This document shows positions 37,101-46,927 of a stretch of DNA of 64,000 nt, piece by piece. Made by a program: the position numbers and the translations under genes. The notes below the pieces were generated by a model. It saw only the letters and a program-made list of their open reading frames with translations. It did no database searches and was not told the DNA's origin. This stretch comes from a virus (Duplodnaviria > Caudoviricetes): positions 32,001 through 96,000 of the IMG/VR virus record IMGVR_UViG_3300020360_000085. One strand, 5' to 3'. How positions within the stretch are numbered: the stretch's first letter is position 1; each line of letters starts with the position of its first letter.

Positions 37101-39905
37101 TTAACCAGTTTGTCCCAATGTGTTTTGGATTCTGATAGGTATGTAAATGAACTCAACTGCTTTGACTGGCTGTATCGCTATGTCAATGTGTAATTCATTT
37201 CTATCAATTCTTGCTGGTGTATTGTTTGTAGTATCACAAACTGTGATAAAGTCAAACAATCCTCTCTGAGCAACAAGTTCGCCAAGTAGTCTATCAACTA
37301 CTGTTTTTGCGTTTGCTCTTGTTACTTCGTCGTTTGGTTCAAACAAGAATGGTTTTACTGCGTCGTCTAATTGTTCACGTAGGTAAACTACTAGTCTTGC
37401 AACGTTTATTCTATCCAATGCACTTGATACAGGATTAAGTGTTTTCTGTCCAAATACTGCTAGTCCTCTTCCAGGGAAGTTTCCAATTGGATTTACTTTG
37501 TTGGAATATAAACTATCTCTTTGTCCTTCACTTAATGCTACTGGTTCAAATTCGCTAGTTGTTGCATTTAGGTAACCAACTGATGTTGCATTATTAACAA
37601 GTCCTCTTTGGAACCCTGCTGGTGCAAACCAAGGGAAAGCCACTTGGTCGTTAAATGCTAACGTTCTTAGTGCCATATGTGATGCTGGAACCATTACACT
37701 AGTACCATCAAGGTTTGTAGTCAAACCATGTGGGTAGTAAACAGCCGCATAAGAATCACTTGTTACTAATCCGTCTTCACCGTTTTCACCTGCATTATTG
37801 CTATTTGTTGCCCAATTTTGTGTACTTGTGGCATCTGGCGCCAATCTAAATGGAGCATCTATAACACTAAATACAGTATTTTTTCTATCTGTACCTACAG
37901 TTATCATTTCATCTGTTAGTTCAGGATATCCTGGAACTGCCATAATATTGAAACGATTTGTTTCATTTCTAATATCTTGATTACTTGAAATAACTGATGC
38001 TAATGCATTTACAATAACACGTCTTTGTGCTTTTCTAAGCATAAATGGTGAGCCATCTGTTTTTTGACCGCTCTCATCTTCCCATAAACCTGTTGTTGTA
38101 TTATATTTTTTAACATTACCTGAACTTAACAATTTGTTCCAACCTAAAATATTTGCTGGAAAACTTGTTGATGCCGGTGCGGCAGATATCAAAGTGTTAC
38201 TAGAACTTGAATTTCTAAAATCTGCAAACACAACACCATCTGGACTATGCTGGTCAGCATTGTCTAATAGTACCCAAGCACTAGAGGCTCTTTTGTAAAT
38301 TCTAGGATAATTTTCTAGATCACTACCATCTACCCAAATGTCACCGTCTACTAATGAACTTACGCCATCTGATTGTAAAGTTGGTGCTGAACCTTTAACT
38401 TGTACGTCCTTGTTGTAAGGTTCCCAACCTGTTGTAGGATGGTTATATAAAATATCAACGTTTTCTGTGCTTACAGTACTGTTGTACCATAATGTTCCGT
38501 CTGCTAAACTGCCTGTAATAGCATTTGCACTTGAAGTAAAACTTAATTTTTCAAAGTTACTGTAAGGTGCTGAACTATCTAAAGCAAGATTGGCCGCTGT
38601 GAAACCAGATACATTACCGTCTATAACTAAGACATCTGTACCTGCACTATTAACTAATTGAATTTTACCTGCATTGTTAGAAGCAACCACTGTATTTGCA
38701 AAAGTTAATGATGAGTTCGAAGCGGTTAAGGCCGCATTTATATCTTGAACCATGTCATCAACACTTGCATTACCGTCTGCATCACCGTCTGTAGTAAATG
38801 TAACATCTACATTTGAACCGCTATTGATTCTTAATGAGACACTAATTTTACCACTATGTGGTGCAACTGTTACTGCTGTATCACTAACTACTGCATTTCC
38901 TAATGCTGTAACACTTGATCCGCCATTATGACGTTTTGGTGTAACACTTGCTGTACCATCTTGCTCATTTGCACCTTCTCCAGAAACATCAAAATAAATG
39001 TCTCCAAGTACAGGATTAGCACCGTGTCTAGCAGGTGAAAATGCTGATGCCATTAACACACCTGATTCTACAGTTTGTGCTGTAAATTGTGCTGTTGAAC
39101 TGCTATACAGTTTTAATGAGAATGTAGATCCATTACTTAATGAATTTAATTGTAGGAATACATCTCCTGATTGTAAAGCACCACCACCTTGTCTTGTTGC
39201 TGGTAAATCTGCATTGGTACCTATTTGGAAATCTGCAGAAGATGTTCTTGTTGCCCATCCTGTGCTACCTATAACGTCCCAATTACTTGTTGTTGTTTTT
39301 TGATAAACTTTAAATGTTGCTAATGTGTTTCCTGAAACATCGAAATAAACAACAGCATAATCGCCGTTTTGTCCATAACCTGTTTTTGGTGTACCGTCAG
39401 ATGCTAAATCTGTACTTGCTGGAACTTTTACAGTTTGTCTAGCATAACTAGAGCCATCGTATTTTTTAATTCCAATTACTGTACTTGCAGTATCTAACCA
39501 ATATGATCCGTCTGCTGGAGCAGTTGTAGGTGCTGTTGCACTAGCCGTTAAGGCATTTAAATCTATATTTGCTCTTAAAACGTATGCACTATTGGCTACA
39601 CCAAGAAAACTATAAGCCGCAAGTAGTCCATATTCATTTTGCTCGTTACCATGTAACTGAGTTCCTCCACTTGTTTTAAATACAGGATTACCATACTGTT
39701 GTAATAGTTCTCTCTGACTTGAAATTTTGTAGAGTTTGTCTGCTTTTGCTAGAGATGTGTAACCTGCAGTACCTGAACCGTCTGGACTCGATTTGTCTTG
39801 AGCCGTTGCGATTACTATAAGGGGTACTGAACCTGCACCAGCCGGGGAATAAAAACTTTCGTCTGATACACTTACACTAACTCCAGGTGAAACTAATGTT
39901 GCCAT
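37101..39905 (-). CDS. gp18: Contractile tail sheath protein (gp18-like)
   Basis: LVSPGV N-terminus; PWFAPAG..RG, VNPI, GQKT, RINVARL, FEPND, P.KAVEFI. Confidence 0.93.
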   Translation of the reverse strand: MATLVSPGVSVSVSDESFYSPAGAGSVPLIVIATAQDKSSPDGSGTAGYTSLAKADKLYKISSQRELLQQYGNPVFKTSGGTQLHGNEQNEYGLLAAYSFLGVANSAYVLRANIDLNALTASATAPTTAPADGSYWLDTASTVIGIKKYDGSSYARQTVKVPASTDLASDGTPKTGYGQNGDYAVVYFDVSGNTLATFKVYQKTTTSNWDVIGSTGWATRTSSADFQIGTNADLPATRQGGGALQSGDVFLQLNSLSNGSTFSLKLYSSSTAQFTAQTVESGVLMASAFSPARHGANPVLGDIYFDVSGEGANEQDGTASVTPKRHNGGSSVTALGNAVVSDTAVTVAPHSGKISVSLRINSGSNVDVTFTTDGDADGNASVDDMVQDINAALTASNSSLTFANTVVASNNAGKIQLVNSAGTDVLVIDGNVSGFTAANLALDSSAPYSNFEKLSFTSSANAITGSLADGTLWYNSTVSTENVDILYNHPTTGWEPYNKDVQVKGSAPTLQSDGVSSLVDGDIWVDGSDLENYPRIYKRASSAWVLLDNADQHSPDGVVFADFRNSSSSNTLISAAPASTSFPANILGWNKLLSSGNVKKYNTTTGLWEDESGQKTDGSPFMLRKAQRRVIVNALASVISSNQDIRNETNRFNIMAVPGYPELTDEMITVGTDRKNTVFSVIDAPFRLAPDATSTQNWATNSNNAGENGEDGLVTSDSYAAVYYPHGLTTNLDGTSVMVPASHMALRTLAFNDQVAFPWFAPAGFQRGLVNNATSVGYLNATTSEFEPVALSEGQRDSLYSNKVNPIGNFPGRGLAVFGQKTLNPVSSALDRINVARLVVYLREQLDDAVKPFLFEPNDEVTRANAKTVVDRLLGELVAQRGLFDFITVCDTTNNTPARIDRNELHIDIAIQPVKAVEFIYIPIRIQNTLGQTG

Positions 39906-39997
39906 ATTTCTCTCCTATTAATAAAGATTTTCTTATATGTATTTATCTTTTTTTAGGATTATTGGGTATTTAAGGAATTATAACGTATTAGGCAATA

Positions 39998-40660
39998 TTA
40001 TACAATTTTAAGATGTTCTTTAAATTTGCCTGTTTTCCAGTCTCTAATACTGTCTATTTGCTTAGAAAGATCTTCTAAAGTGCCATTATTATCAATTATA
40101 TAGTCTACAGGATATCCTGCCCAGTTCCATTCACTTTCATGAACATCTCTGTACTTGGTTTCCATGATTTTTCTGTTTACAACATTTTCATGAGCAGTTT
40201 TGGCTACTTCGAACCATTCAGGTAACTCTCCACGTTGTACCCAAATAACTACTCCGCCCATACTTTTTATAAGATCTAATTCATTTCTAAATCTTGCATC
40301 ACTTATAACAGTACAAGGTGCATTATTACTTTGTTTTCTAATTCTATATTCTAAACTATTAATCCAGATATCAGGTGCAAAATGATTACGCATTACTTCA
40401 GTACCCATTAATTGTAATGCTAACCTTGGAGTAAAATTAGGTACTCCTAATTTTTTAGTCCAAAACATATCTGGTATTTCACGGAAATCTCTGCTTTCAA
40501 CAGTATCTCCTTCAAGCATGTCTCTAGGCCATCCAAAAATACTAGCACATACATCTTTAACTGGAGAAGCAAAACTATCATGGGAACACCCACGTTCTAC
40601 AAACATATTGGCTACTGTATCTTTGCCACTGCCTATAAAACCCGTAATCCCTATTAGCAT
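39998..40660 (-). CDS. Deoxynucleoside monophosphate kinase (T4 gp1-like)
   Basis: GFIGSGKDT, SFASPVK, PRLALQLMGTE, ISDARF, HESE. Confidence 0.88.
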   Translation of the reverse strand: MLIGITGFIGSGKDTVANMFVERGCSHDSFASPVKDVCASIFGWPRDMLEGDTVESRDFREIPDMFWTKKLGVPNFTPRLALQLMGTEVMRNHFAPDIWINSLEYRIRKQSNNAPCTVISDARFRNELDLIKSMGGVVIWVQRGELPEWFEVAKTAHENVVNRKIMETKYRDVHESEWNWAGYPVDYIIDNNGTLEDLSKQIDSIRDWKTGKFKEHLKIV

Positions 40661-40661
40661 A

Positions 40662-41423
40662 TTATCCTATAACGAAGTTAAGAGGAATATTACCCTCTTC
40701 CATATTGTGAATACTGTCTCTGAAACTTTGCATTTCAGTTTGTGCTTCTGATTTTAGTGCCTCACCATTTAACTGAATAGCACCTCCGGCTCCTGGTAAT
40801 CCTGATTGATACTTACTTCTTGCTTCTCCTAAAGTATATTTAGAAAGTGCTAATGAGTATCCTGATAACCAGTTTGCGGCATATACATCTTTAAGCAATA
40901 TAGACTCTGGAATAAACATATACACACCAACTGCTATATCTTCTTCATGCCTAACATTTCTTAAAATTTTAAGTTGTTTTGTGTTTCTATTCCATATAAA
41001 ATTGTATTCACTACCAAAAATTCTTCCTATTGTTTCCTTGTATTGTGCAAATGCATCAAACACCGCAAGACCTCCAATTTGTCCTGCTTGTAACATATAC
41101 ATATTATTAAATGCAACATCAAATGGATCAAAGTTAGTACCACCACCACTGTTGGTACCTATACCTCTTCTGTAAAGGCGCCTAACTTCCATAACCTCAT
41201 CTGGTAAAGTGTATTCTGTTACATCTGTTTTTGTTTGGAAAAAGATAACACTTTCCTCTACACTACCAGCACTCAACTGTCTGTAAAGGGCGATTGCTTT
41301 ATCTATCGCTACATCATAGTGTTCTCTATCCAATTCTACATCTATAATACCGTCGCCAAGACGAATTTGTAACTCTTTTATAAGTTCTTCTCGGCTGTTA
41401 TATCCTATCTGATCTTTTGGCAT
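40662..41423 (-). CDS. Neck protein (gp13-like)
   Basis: LGDGIIDVELD...EYTLPDEV...LNGEALKSEA...FVIG. Confidence 0.75.
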   Translation of the reverse strand: MPKDQIGYNSREELIKELQIRLGDGIIDVELDREHYDVAIDKAIALYRQLSAGSVEESVIFFQTKTDVTEYTLPDEVMEVRRLYRRGIGTNSGGGTNFDPFDVAFNNMYMLQAGQIGGLAVFDAFAQYKETIGRIFGSEYNFIWNRNTKQLKILRNVRHEEDIAVGVYMFIPESILLKDVYAANWLSGYSLALSKYTLGEARSKYQSGLPGAGGAIQLNGEALKSEAQTEMQSFRDSIHNMEEGNIPLNFVIG

Positions 41424-41446
41424 ACTACTATTTATCGTTTTTTGTA

Positions 41447-42607
41447 TTAAAATGCTTTAAGAATGATAGTGTTATCATTTATTCTGCCGTTCATTTTAAT
41501 TGGTGTTGTTTTTAATTCATCAAACGATTTAGCAAATTTTGTTTTGGCTTTGCCTGTCCAATTAGTAATTTGCTCTTTAGGTTTACGCAAAGTTTTTTGT
41601 AAACTACTTTTAGTACAAAAATCTTGTATAGTAGTACCTTTTATCATTAATCCTGCACTAGGTCTAGAAAGTCCTCTTGGGTCTTTACTTAAAGCATGAT
41701 ATACACCTATCTTTCTAGTTTTAGTATTATACACCCATAACTCATTACAATTTACTATATCTGTAGGATGGATACTTGCTACTCCAAGTTCACTATCATT
41801 AATTTGATATTTTAATTTTTTAACGATTGTTTCTTTACTTCTTGCTCTTGGCTTACGAGACTTTCTTGTTGACTTTTTAGTTTCTATAATTGTATCACAT
41901 GCAGTATTAATTTTTTCAAAAAATGCTACAAAGTCTTTTCTCATTTTAGCAGACATATGACTATATGCTTCTTTAATTTGATCATCCTTCCATTCCTGAA
42001 CTTCTAATGCTTCATTATATTCATTTTCAAATTCTTCTTTTATAATTTTAGCATGATTGGCTTTTACTTCAGGTTGATAAACGAGCATGTCCTCGTAAGG
42101 TTTAAATTCTTTAAGTGTTAATTTTTCATCAGTTAATGAGTCTAATTTATATTCCCATTCTGCACACAAGGCCTCTACTTGTTGTTTCATTCTTTCCTGT
42201 ATGCTAATTACCTTTTTAGGTTTTTCTTCTGCTTTCTTTTGTTTTTCTTTAATAAATTCTTTACCACGTTTAAGCCATTCTTCTTTCCTTTTTTCATAAT
42301 GGCCTTTCGTACCCTCAGGCATATATCCTAATTTATATTCTACAAATAATGCAATACCAGAAGAAGCAAATGCCCAATCAGGGTTATTTAAAATAATTTT
42401 TATTTCTTCTTTAGTCCAACCTGATTTTTCTTTTACCCAATGCTTGGCCGCATTTACCATTTTCTTTCTGGATATTTCTGTTCTAACAAAATATTCACAA
42501 CTATTAAATGCTTGTATTTGTTTTTCAGGGTCAGTAATTTCCCGTAGAGTCTTCCAATCAGGCTCTTTTGTAATGTATATGCTTCTTTCTTTCTTTTTTC
42601 GTGGCAT
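41447..42607 (-). CDS. Conserved hypothetical basic protein
   Basis: Likely start MPRKKK (42607); VYNTKTRK, KTLRKP motifs. Confidence 0.7.
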   Translation of the reverse strand: MPRKKKERSIYITKEPDWKTLREITDPEKQIQAFNSCEYFVRTEISRKKMVNAAKHWVKEKSGWTKEEIKIILNNPDWAFASSGIALFVEYKLGYMPEGTKGHYEKRKEEWLKRGKEFIKEKQKKAEEKPKKVISIQERMKQQVEALCAEWEYKLDSLTDEKLTLKEFKPYEDMLVYQPEVKANHAKIIKEEFENEYNEALEVQEWKDDQIKEAYSHMSAKMRKDFVAFFEKINTACDTIIETKKSTRKSRKPRARSKETIVKKLKYQINDSELGVASIHPTDIVNCNELWVYNTKTRKIGVYHALSKDPRGLSRPSAGLMIKGTTIQDFCTKSSLQKTLRKPKEQITNWTGKAKTKFAKSFDELKTTPIKMNGRINDNTIILKAF

Positions 42608-42614
42608 CTGTGTC

Positions 42615-42845
42615 TCAGTCTTCAAACAGTTGTTCTGGATCTGGCGAATCATACATTAATTGTATAACTGTAGGCCAATTTTTAAATCCTAATATACTGT
42701 TTTTATCTTTTAAAGCATTTTTTTGCTTAAAGAACTGAGTAATACTTATCATTCCAGTAAATTTTCCTGCTCTTTCACCTGCTTTATACATAAAATATGA
42801 GTTTGCAAGTATAAAGATTAGAAAAAATAAAAACATTGAATCCAT
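42615..42845 (-). CDS. Small membrane protein
   Basis: N-terminal TM helix; SD GGAGG; sigma70 promoter upstream. Confidence 0.7.
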   Translation of the reverse strand: MDSMFLFFLIFILANSYFMYKAGERAGKFTGMISITQFFKQKNALKDKNSILGFKNWPTVIQLMYDSPDPEQLFED

Positions 42846-42864
42846 AATAATCCTCCAAAAATAG

Positions 42865-42892
42865 AGTATAACATCTATTTTATTTTTGTCAA
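42865..42892 (-). promoter_or_regulatory. Sigma70-type promoter
   Basis: TTGACA-N16-TATACT. Confidence 0.75.
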
Positions 42893-42900
42893 TAAGATTA

Positions 42901-43857
42901 TTATTTACCTTTTGAGAATCTTTTATCTATATTATGAGGTAGATCGTTTTCCAAAATATTTTTCCAGGATTGTATTGTTTTGTCTAATCCATCACTAAGT
43001 TCAACTTTTGGAAACCAACCAAGTCTGGTTGTAATTTTATGATTTGTGCTGTTAAGTAAATATATTTCACCAGGACGTTTTGGTTTTGTGTTCCAATTAA
43101 CATGACCGTCCCAGCCTATTTTATCTGCAATAAGTTTAACATAATCCTTTATTTTAATTGCATTGTCAGGACCTATACAAAATATTTCTCCTGCACATTT
43201 GTCTGGATTGCTAATTACTGTTTCCCAAGCATCTAACAAATCATCAATGTAAATAAAGTTTCTATATGGCTCGCCATATCCTAAATTTATCTCTTTTGGA
43301 TTTTTTAACATTTGTGTTATAATTTGTTCTGTTACAAAAAAGTCATTGTCCTTTCTACCATAAGCATTTGTTTGACGAATTGCTGTAAATGGTAAACCAT
43401 AACTTCTGTGGGCATACTCTAAATATTTTTCACATCCGTATTTTGCAACGGCATAGGGGGCATTAGGATTTGGAGGTGTTGCTTCATTAAATGCAATTAT
43501 TCCTTCCTCTTTTCCATCTCTTATTAAATCACTTATTGGTTGCCAACCATAAACTTCCATTGTACTTGCAAACACAAAGTTTTTTAAGTTTTTAAGTTTA
43601 GAGGCTATTTCGATTAAATTAACTGTACCTGTATAATTTATATCACTAAAAGTGATTTGCTCATAAAAACTTTGCTCTACTTCAGTTCTAGCCGCCAAGT
43701 GTACAATTATTTCAGGATCAAATGTAGAAATTTGCATAGCAACTTTGGCATGGTCTCTTAAATCTTCTGTCAAAAATCCTAGTTCATGCTTGTCCTTTAA
43801 TCTTTGTACCATATGCTGACCTATAAAACCGTCTGCTCCTGTTATAAATATTCTCAT
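42901..43857 (-). CDS. NAD-dependent epimerase/dehydratase (extended SDR, nucleotide-sugar)
   Basis: TGADGFIG, HLAA, STMEVYG, YAVAK (YxxxK), NAYG. Confidence 0.9.
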   Translation of the reverse strand: MRIFITGADGFIGQHMVQRLKDKHELGFLTEDLRDHAKVAMQISTFDPEIIVHLAARTEVEQSFYEQITFSDINYTGTVNLIEIASKLKNLKNFVFASTMEVYGWQPISDLIRDGKEEGIIAFNEATPPNPNAPYAVAKYGCEKYLEYAHRSYGLPFTAIRQTNAYGRKDNDFFVTEQIITQMLKNPKEINLGYGEPYRNFIYIDDLLDAWETVISNPDKCAGEIFCIGPDNAIKIKDYVKLIADKIGWDGHVNWNTKPKRPGEIYLLNSTNHKITTRLGWFPKVELSDGLDKTIQSWKNILENDLPHNIDKRFSKGK

Positions 43858-44396
43858 GTTAAATCCTCTGTTTTTGCAAATCCTGTTACTTGTAAAGTAT
43901 ATCTGTTAATATTACTAACATTACTAAGACAATGTGCCTTGTCTTTTAAAATGTATGTGTAATCACCTTTTTTATAATCTGTAAACGAATAATCTTCTAT
44001 TTCTAAAAAATGTCCCATAATTTTATCTTGTAGGAAAACGTTTACTCTTACAGGCTCTTTATTTTCTATATCCCAATTATTTTGTTTTGCTAAATCGTAT
44101 AATCTAAAAAATTTATCTGTATGTGGTCCTGTAAATCTTCCAGGCTTTATACAATTTACAGTAACCATGGAATGGTTTACAAATGGAAACATTTCTTTAA
44201 TTTTATGAGCCCATCTAGGTGCAAACTCATCATATGTTTGTAAAACTATAGGACCGTCTTGAGGATAATCAGGAACAGGCATATTATTATCTTTCCAATA
44301 TCCTCCAGACCAAATACTATTTGTTTCCTCTACGAATTTTGTTATATAAAGTTCTCTTTCATCTAACCAGGAAAGATCTATATGTCCTCTAATCAT
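43854..44396 (-). CDS. Fe(II)/2OG oxygenase, AspH-like cupin
   Basis: PGRFTGPHTD (HxD), AHCLSN, R; paralog of the adjacent gene. Confidence 0.7.
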   Translation of the reverse strand: MIRGHIDLSWLDERELYITKFVEETNSIWSGGYWKDNNMPVPDYPQDGPIVLQTYDEFAPRWAHKIKEMFPFVNHSMVTVNCIKPGRFTGPHTDKFFRLYDLAKQNNWDIENKEPVRVNVFLQDKIMGHFLEIEDYSFTDYKKGDYTYILKDKAHCLSNVSNINRYTLQVTGFAKTEDLT

Positions 44397-44883
44397 TTTT
44401 TAATACTGTAACCTGTGCTGAATAAAAAGGTTCATCTCCCATGTTACCTGCTAAATGCCAATCATCTATTCCAAATTTTACCCAGTCTCCTCTTTTCCAT
44501 TTTACAAAAGGCTGATCATGTACTTCGTAATAATGCCCACGTTTCCAGTCCTCTAAAAAAATTAAGTAACGATAACTTTCGCCCTCACCAAACTCCTCTC
44601 TTAATTTAAAATGTTTATCTACATGATGTGGAATTGTTTGTCCTGGACAAATATTAATTACACTTACAACATGATGATCAAAATCTTGAGGTATCTTCAT
44701 TGCTAAATCATGTACCCATTGTGGAGAATCATCAAACATTTGCCATATACTACTATTATGCTTTGTGTAGTATTGCTCTATTTTATCGTACTGTTGATAA
44801 CATTGAAAATAATCATCAAAGTTTAACAAACTCATTTGTTCATTAGTTATACCACAGTTATCAATATGCCCGTATTTAATCAC
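44389..44883 (-). CDS. Fe(II)/2OG oxygenase, AspH-like cupin
   Basis: PGQTIPHHVD (HxD), WHLAGN. Confidence 0.7.
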   Translation of the reverse strand: MIKYGHIDNCGITNEQMSLLNFDDYFQCYQQYDKIEQYYTKHNSSIWQMFDDSPQWVHDLAMKIPQDFDHHVVSVINICPGQTIPHHVDKHFKLREEFGEGESYRYLIFLEDWKRGHYYEVHDQPFVKWKRGDWVKFGIDDWHLAGNMGDEPFYSAQVTVLKND

Positions 44884-45937
44884 AATAACTCTCTAAAGTG
44901 CCTTTACGTCTAAGATCCAAAGTAGCACAATGTATGCCTCCAGACAACGTCATAGAGTGCCTAAACTGAACAGGTACACTATCTATACCGTATTTGTCTA
45001 GTTCTCGCATCAGAGGCTCTTGTGCTGAGTCTAATATAACAGTATTCTCATTTACACTTAATAAATTCATACCAATGTAAGGCGAACATGGTGCAATATA
45101 TCCTTGCTCTGAAAGTTTACTACCTTGTACTACGCAATCGTCAAACCATATCTTATCCCACTTTTTAAACATTTCTGGACAATTTTCAGGTGTAACTCTG
45201 CTACTGTTCATTAAAACTAAGCCTGGTCTTAGTGGTACAATAGTACTATCAAAATGTGCAAAACTATAAAGTTCACTATAATGTAATTTATATCCCATAG
45301 GTTCAAGTAGTCTTTTTAACCATTTGTAACCTTTCATGTTACCTGAATTACTTACTTGATATAATAAATCTTTTCCAACTCTAACAATATTAGGTGCATC
45401 AAAACATATTTCATGATCTAATAAAGTTGCTACATCTAGATTTTCAAACTGATACATTTCATCATGTAACTTTGGTTTAGGTGCTTCTAGCCATAAGGCA
45501 CCATCTTCAAATGCCTCATACATTATATCTTCATATAGATGTTTTGCTTCAAAATATCTTGCTCTCACAGGAGTAGGTGTTTCTATTAGCATATCGCCTA
45601 AAGGTAATATTAAATCACGTGGGCACCAACTATACCAGCCTTTTGTGTTCCAACCTTGGCCAATATCATAATTAATATTTTCCCAATCAACAATTTTAGG
45701 ACGGTGTACTATTACACCCATGTCTGCTAAAACTTTTGCTAGTCCATCTGCATCTTCATTCGCTTCATCTATAACCCATTGAGGATAAACTCCCTCTAAT
45801 GGTAAAATTTCATCTTCTGGATATGGTGCGTAACTAAAACTTCTTGCTGAAATGTCAGTTGCTATTCTGCTATGGTGGGCATGTCCAACGATTATTTCCT
45901 CTAGTTGGTCCCAATCGTTGTGGGAATTAACTATCAT
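44876..45937 (-). CDS. Amidinotransferase (AGAT/StrB1 family)
   Basis: VNSHNDWDQLEEIIVG, CPRD, FDAPN, HFDST, GGIHCATLD (Asp/His/Cys triad); own late promoter 45965-45972 and SD AGGAG. Confidence 0.9.
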   Translation of the reverse strand: MIVNSHNDWDQLEEIIVGHAHHSRIATDISARSFSYAPYPEDEILPLEGVYPQWVIDEANEDADGLAKVLADMGVIVHRPKIVDWENINYDIGQGWNTKGWYSWCPRDLILPLGDMLIETPTPVRARYFEAKHLYEDIMYEAFEDGALWLEAPKPKLHDEMYQFENLDVATLLDHEICFDAPNIVRVGKDLLYQVSNSGNMKGYKWLKRLLEPMGYKLHYSELYSFAHFDSTIVPLRPGLVLMNSSRVTPENCPEMFKKWDKIWFDDCVVQGSKLSEQGYIAPCSPYIGMNLLSVNENTVILDSAQEPLMRELDKYGIDSVPVQFRHSMTLSGGIHCATLDLRRKGTLESYCD

Positions 45938-45991
45938 TATGTCTCCTGTAAAATGTGTTTCTACTATTTATAAGTATTAAAAATTTTATTG

Positions 45992-46864
45992 TTAGCAATC
46001 TGATAGCCACTCACTAACACACACTCTGTAGTTACCACTAACTCCTCTATTAAATTCGTTATGTCGTATGTCATCTCCCAAGCCAAAAATAACTGTATCA
46101 CACCAAACAAGATCATGCTCATGACATACACTTTGATAAAGTTCTGTATATTTTTCCCAATTATAATCTGGTCCAAAATTTTTCATATATTCTACACCTA
46201 ATGCCATACTATAATTGTTTGCCATATTTACTTCATTTAGCATACTAACTCCGTCATCTACATAATCTTTAGTAAAGCGGATACCTACTCTATGATTTTC
46301 TAAAGTAAAAAATGGCTTGCTCAAACTACATGTAACTTCTTTTATACATGTAAAAGAATCTAAGTTTATATGAACATGCTTTGCAATCCCCCAATATGCT
46401 AAATCCAAACACACAGGTATATTATGTGCTTCACAAATACGCATTATATGTTCAAAGTCAGGATGGATACACCCATAATCACTAAATGGTGCACTTATAA
46501 GAAATGCATGTAGATCAGGTCCATTTAATATACTTTCAAAATGATGTGGATAATCTACATAATTAAATTCAACATGTTTACCTAAACAGGCATGATATTG
46601 AAAGTCGCCTTTTAAAACATTTATTTGTCTGTCTTTACAATGTCTTAAAATAAAATTATCAAATGCTTGGCTTGTGCCTTGTGTATAATCAGCAAAAGTA
46701 AAATTATCTAAACCTGTAAGGCTTTTTGTACTACTAAAATTGATCCAATTACGCCAAACTTTTGCATATTCTTCTATAGATATTTCTTTAGGCACACCTA
46801 TACCATTATGGAAATCTAGTATTTCCTTATTTCTTATAGGTCTTGCTCCTCTAACTGCCGGCAT
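45992..46864 (-). CDS. PLP-dependent enzyme (fold type I, aminotransferase-like)
   Basis: LDLAY (PLP Asp), SLSK (Schiff-base Lys), RVG; late promoter TATAAATA 5 nt before ATG. Confidence 0.7.
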   Translation of the reverse strand: MPAVRGARPIRNKEILDFHNGIGVPKEISIEEYAKVWRNWINFSSTKSLTGLDNFTFADYTQGTSQAFDNFILRHCKDRQINVLKGDFQYHACLGKHVEFNYVDYPHHFESILNGPDLHAFLISAPFSDYGCIHPDFEHIMRICEAHNIPVCLDLAYWGIAKHVHINLDSFTCIKEVTCSLSKPFFTLENHRVGIRFTKDYVDDGVSMLNEVNMANNYSMALGVEYMKNFGPDYNWEKYTELYQSVCHEHDLVWCDTVIFGLGDDIRHNEFNRGVSGNYRVCVSEWLSDC

Positions 46865-46927
46865 GTGACTATTTATAGTGATATATTTTAAATGAATATA
46901 AATTTAGAAGGTGATAAATAGTATATT

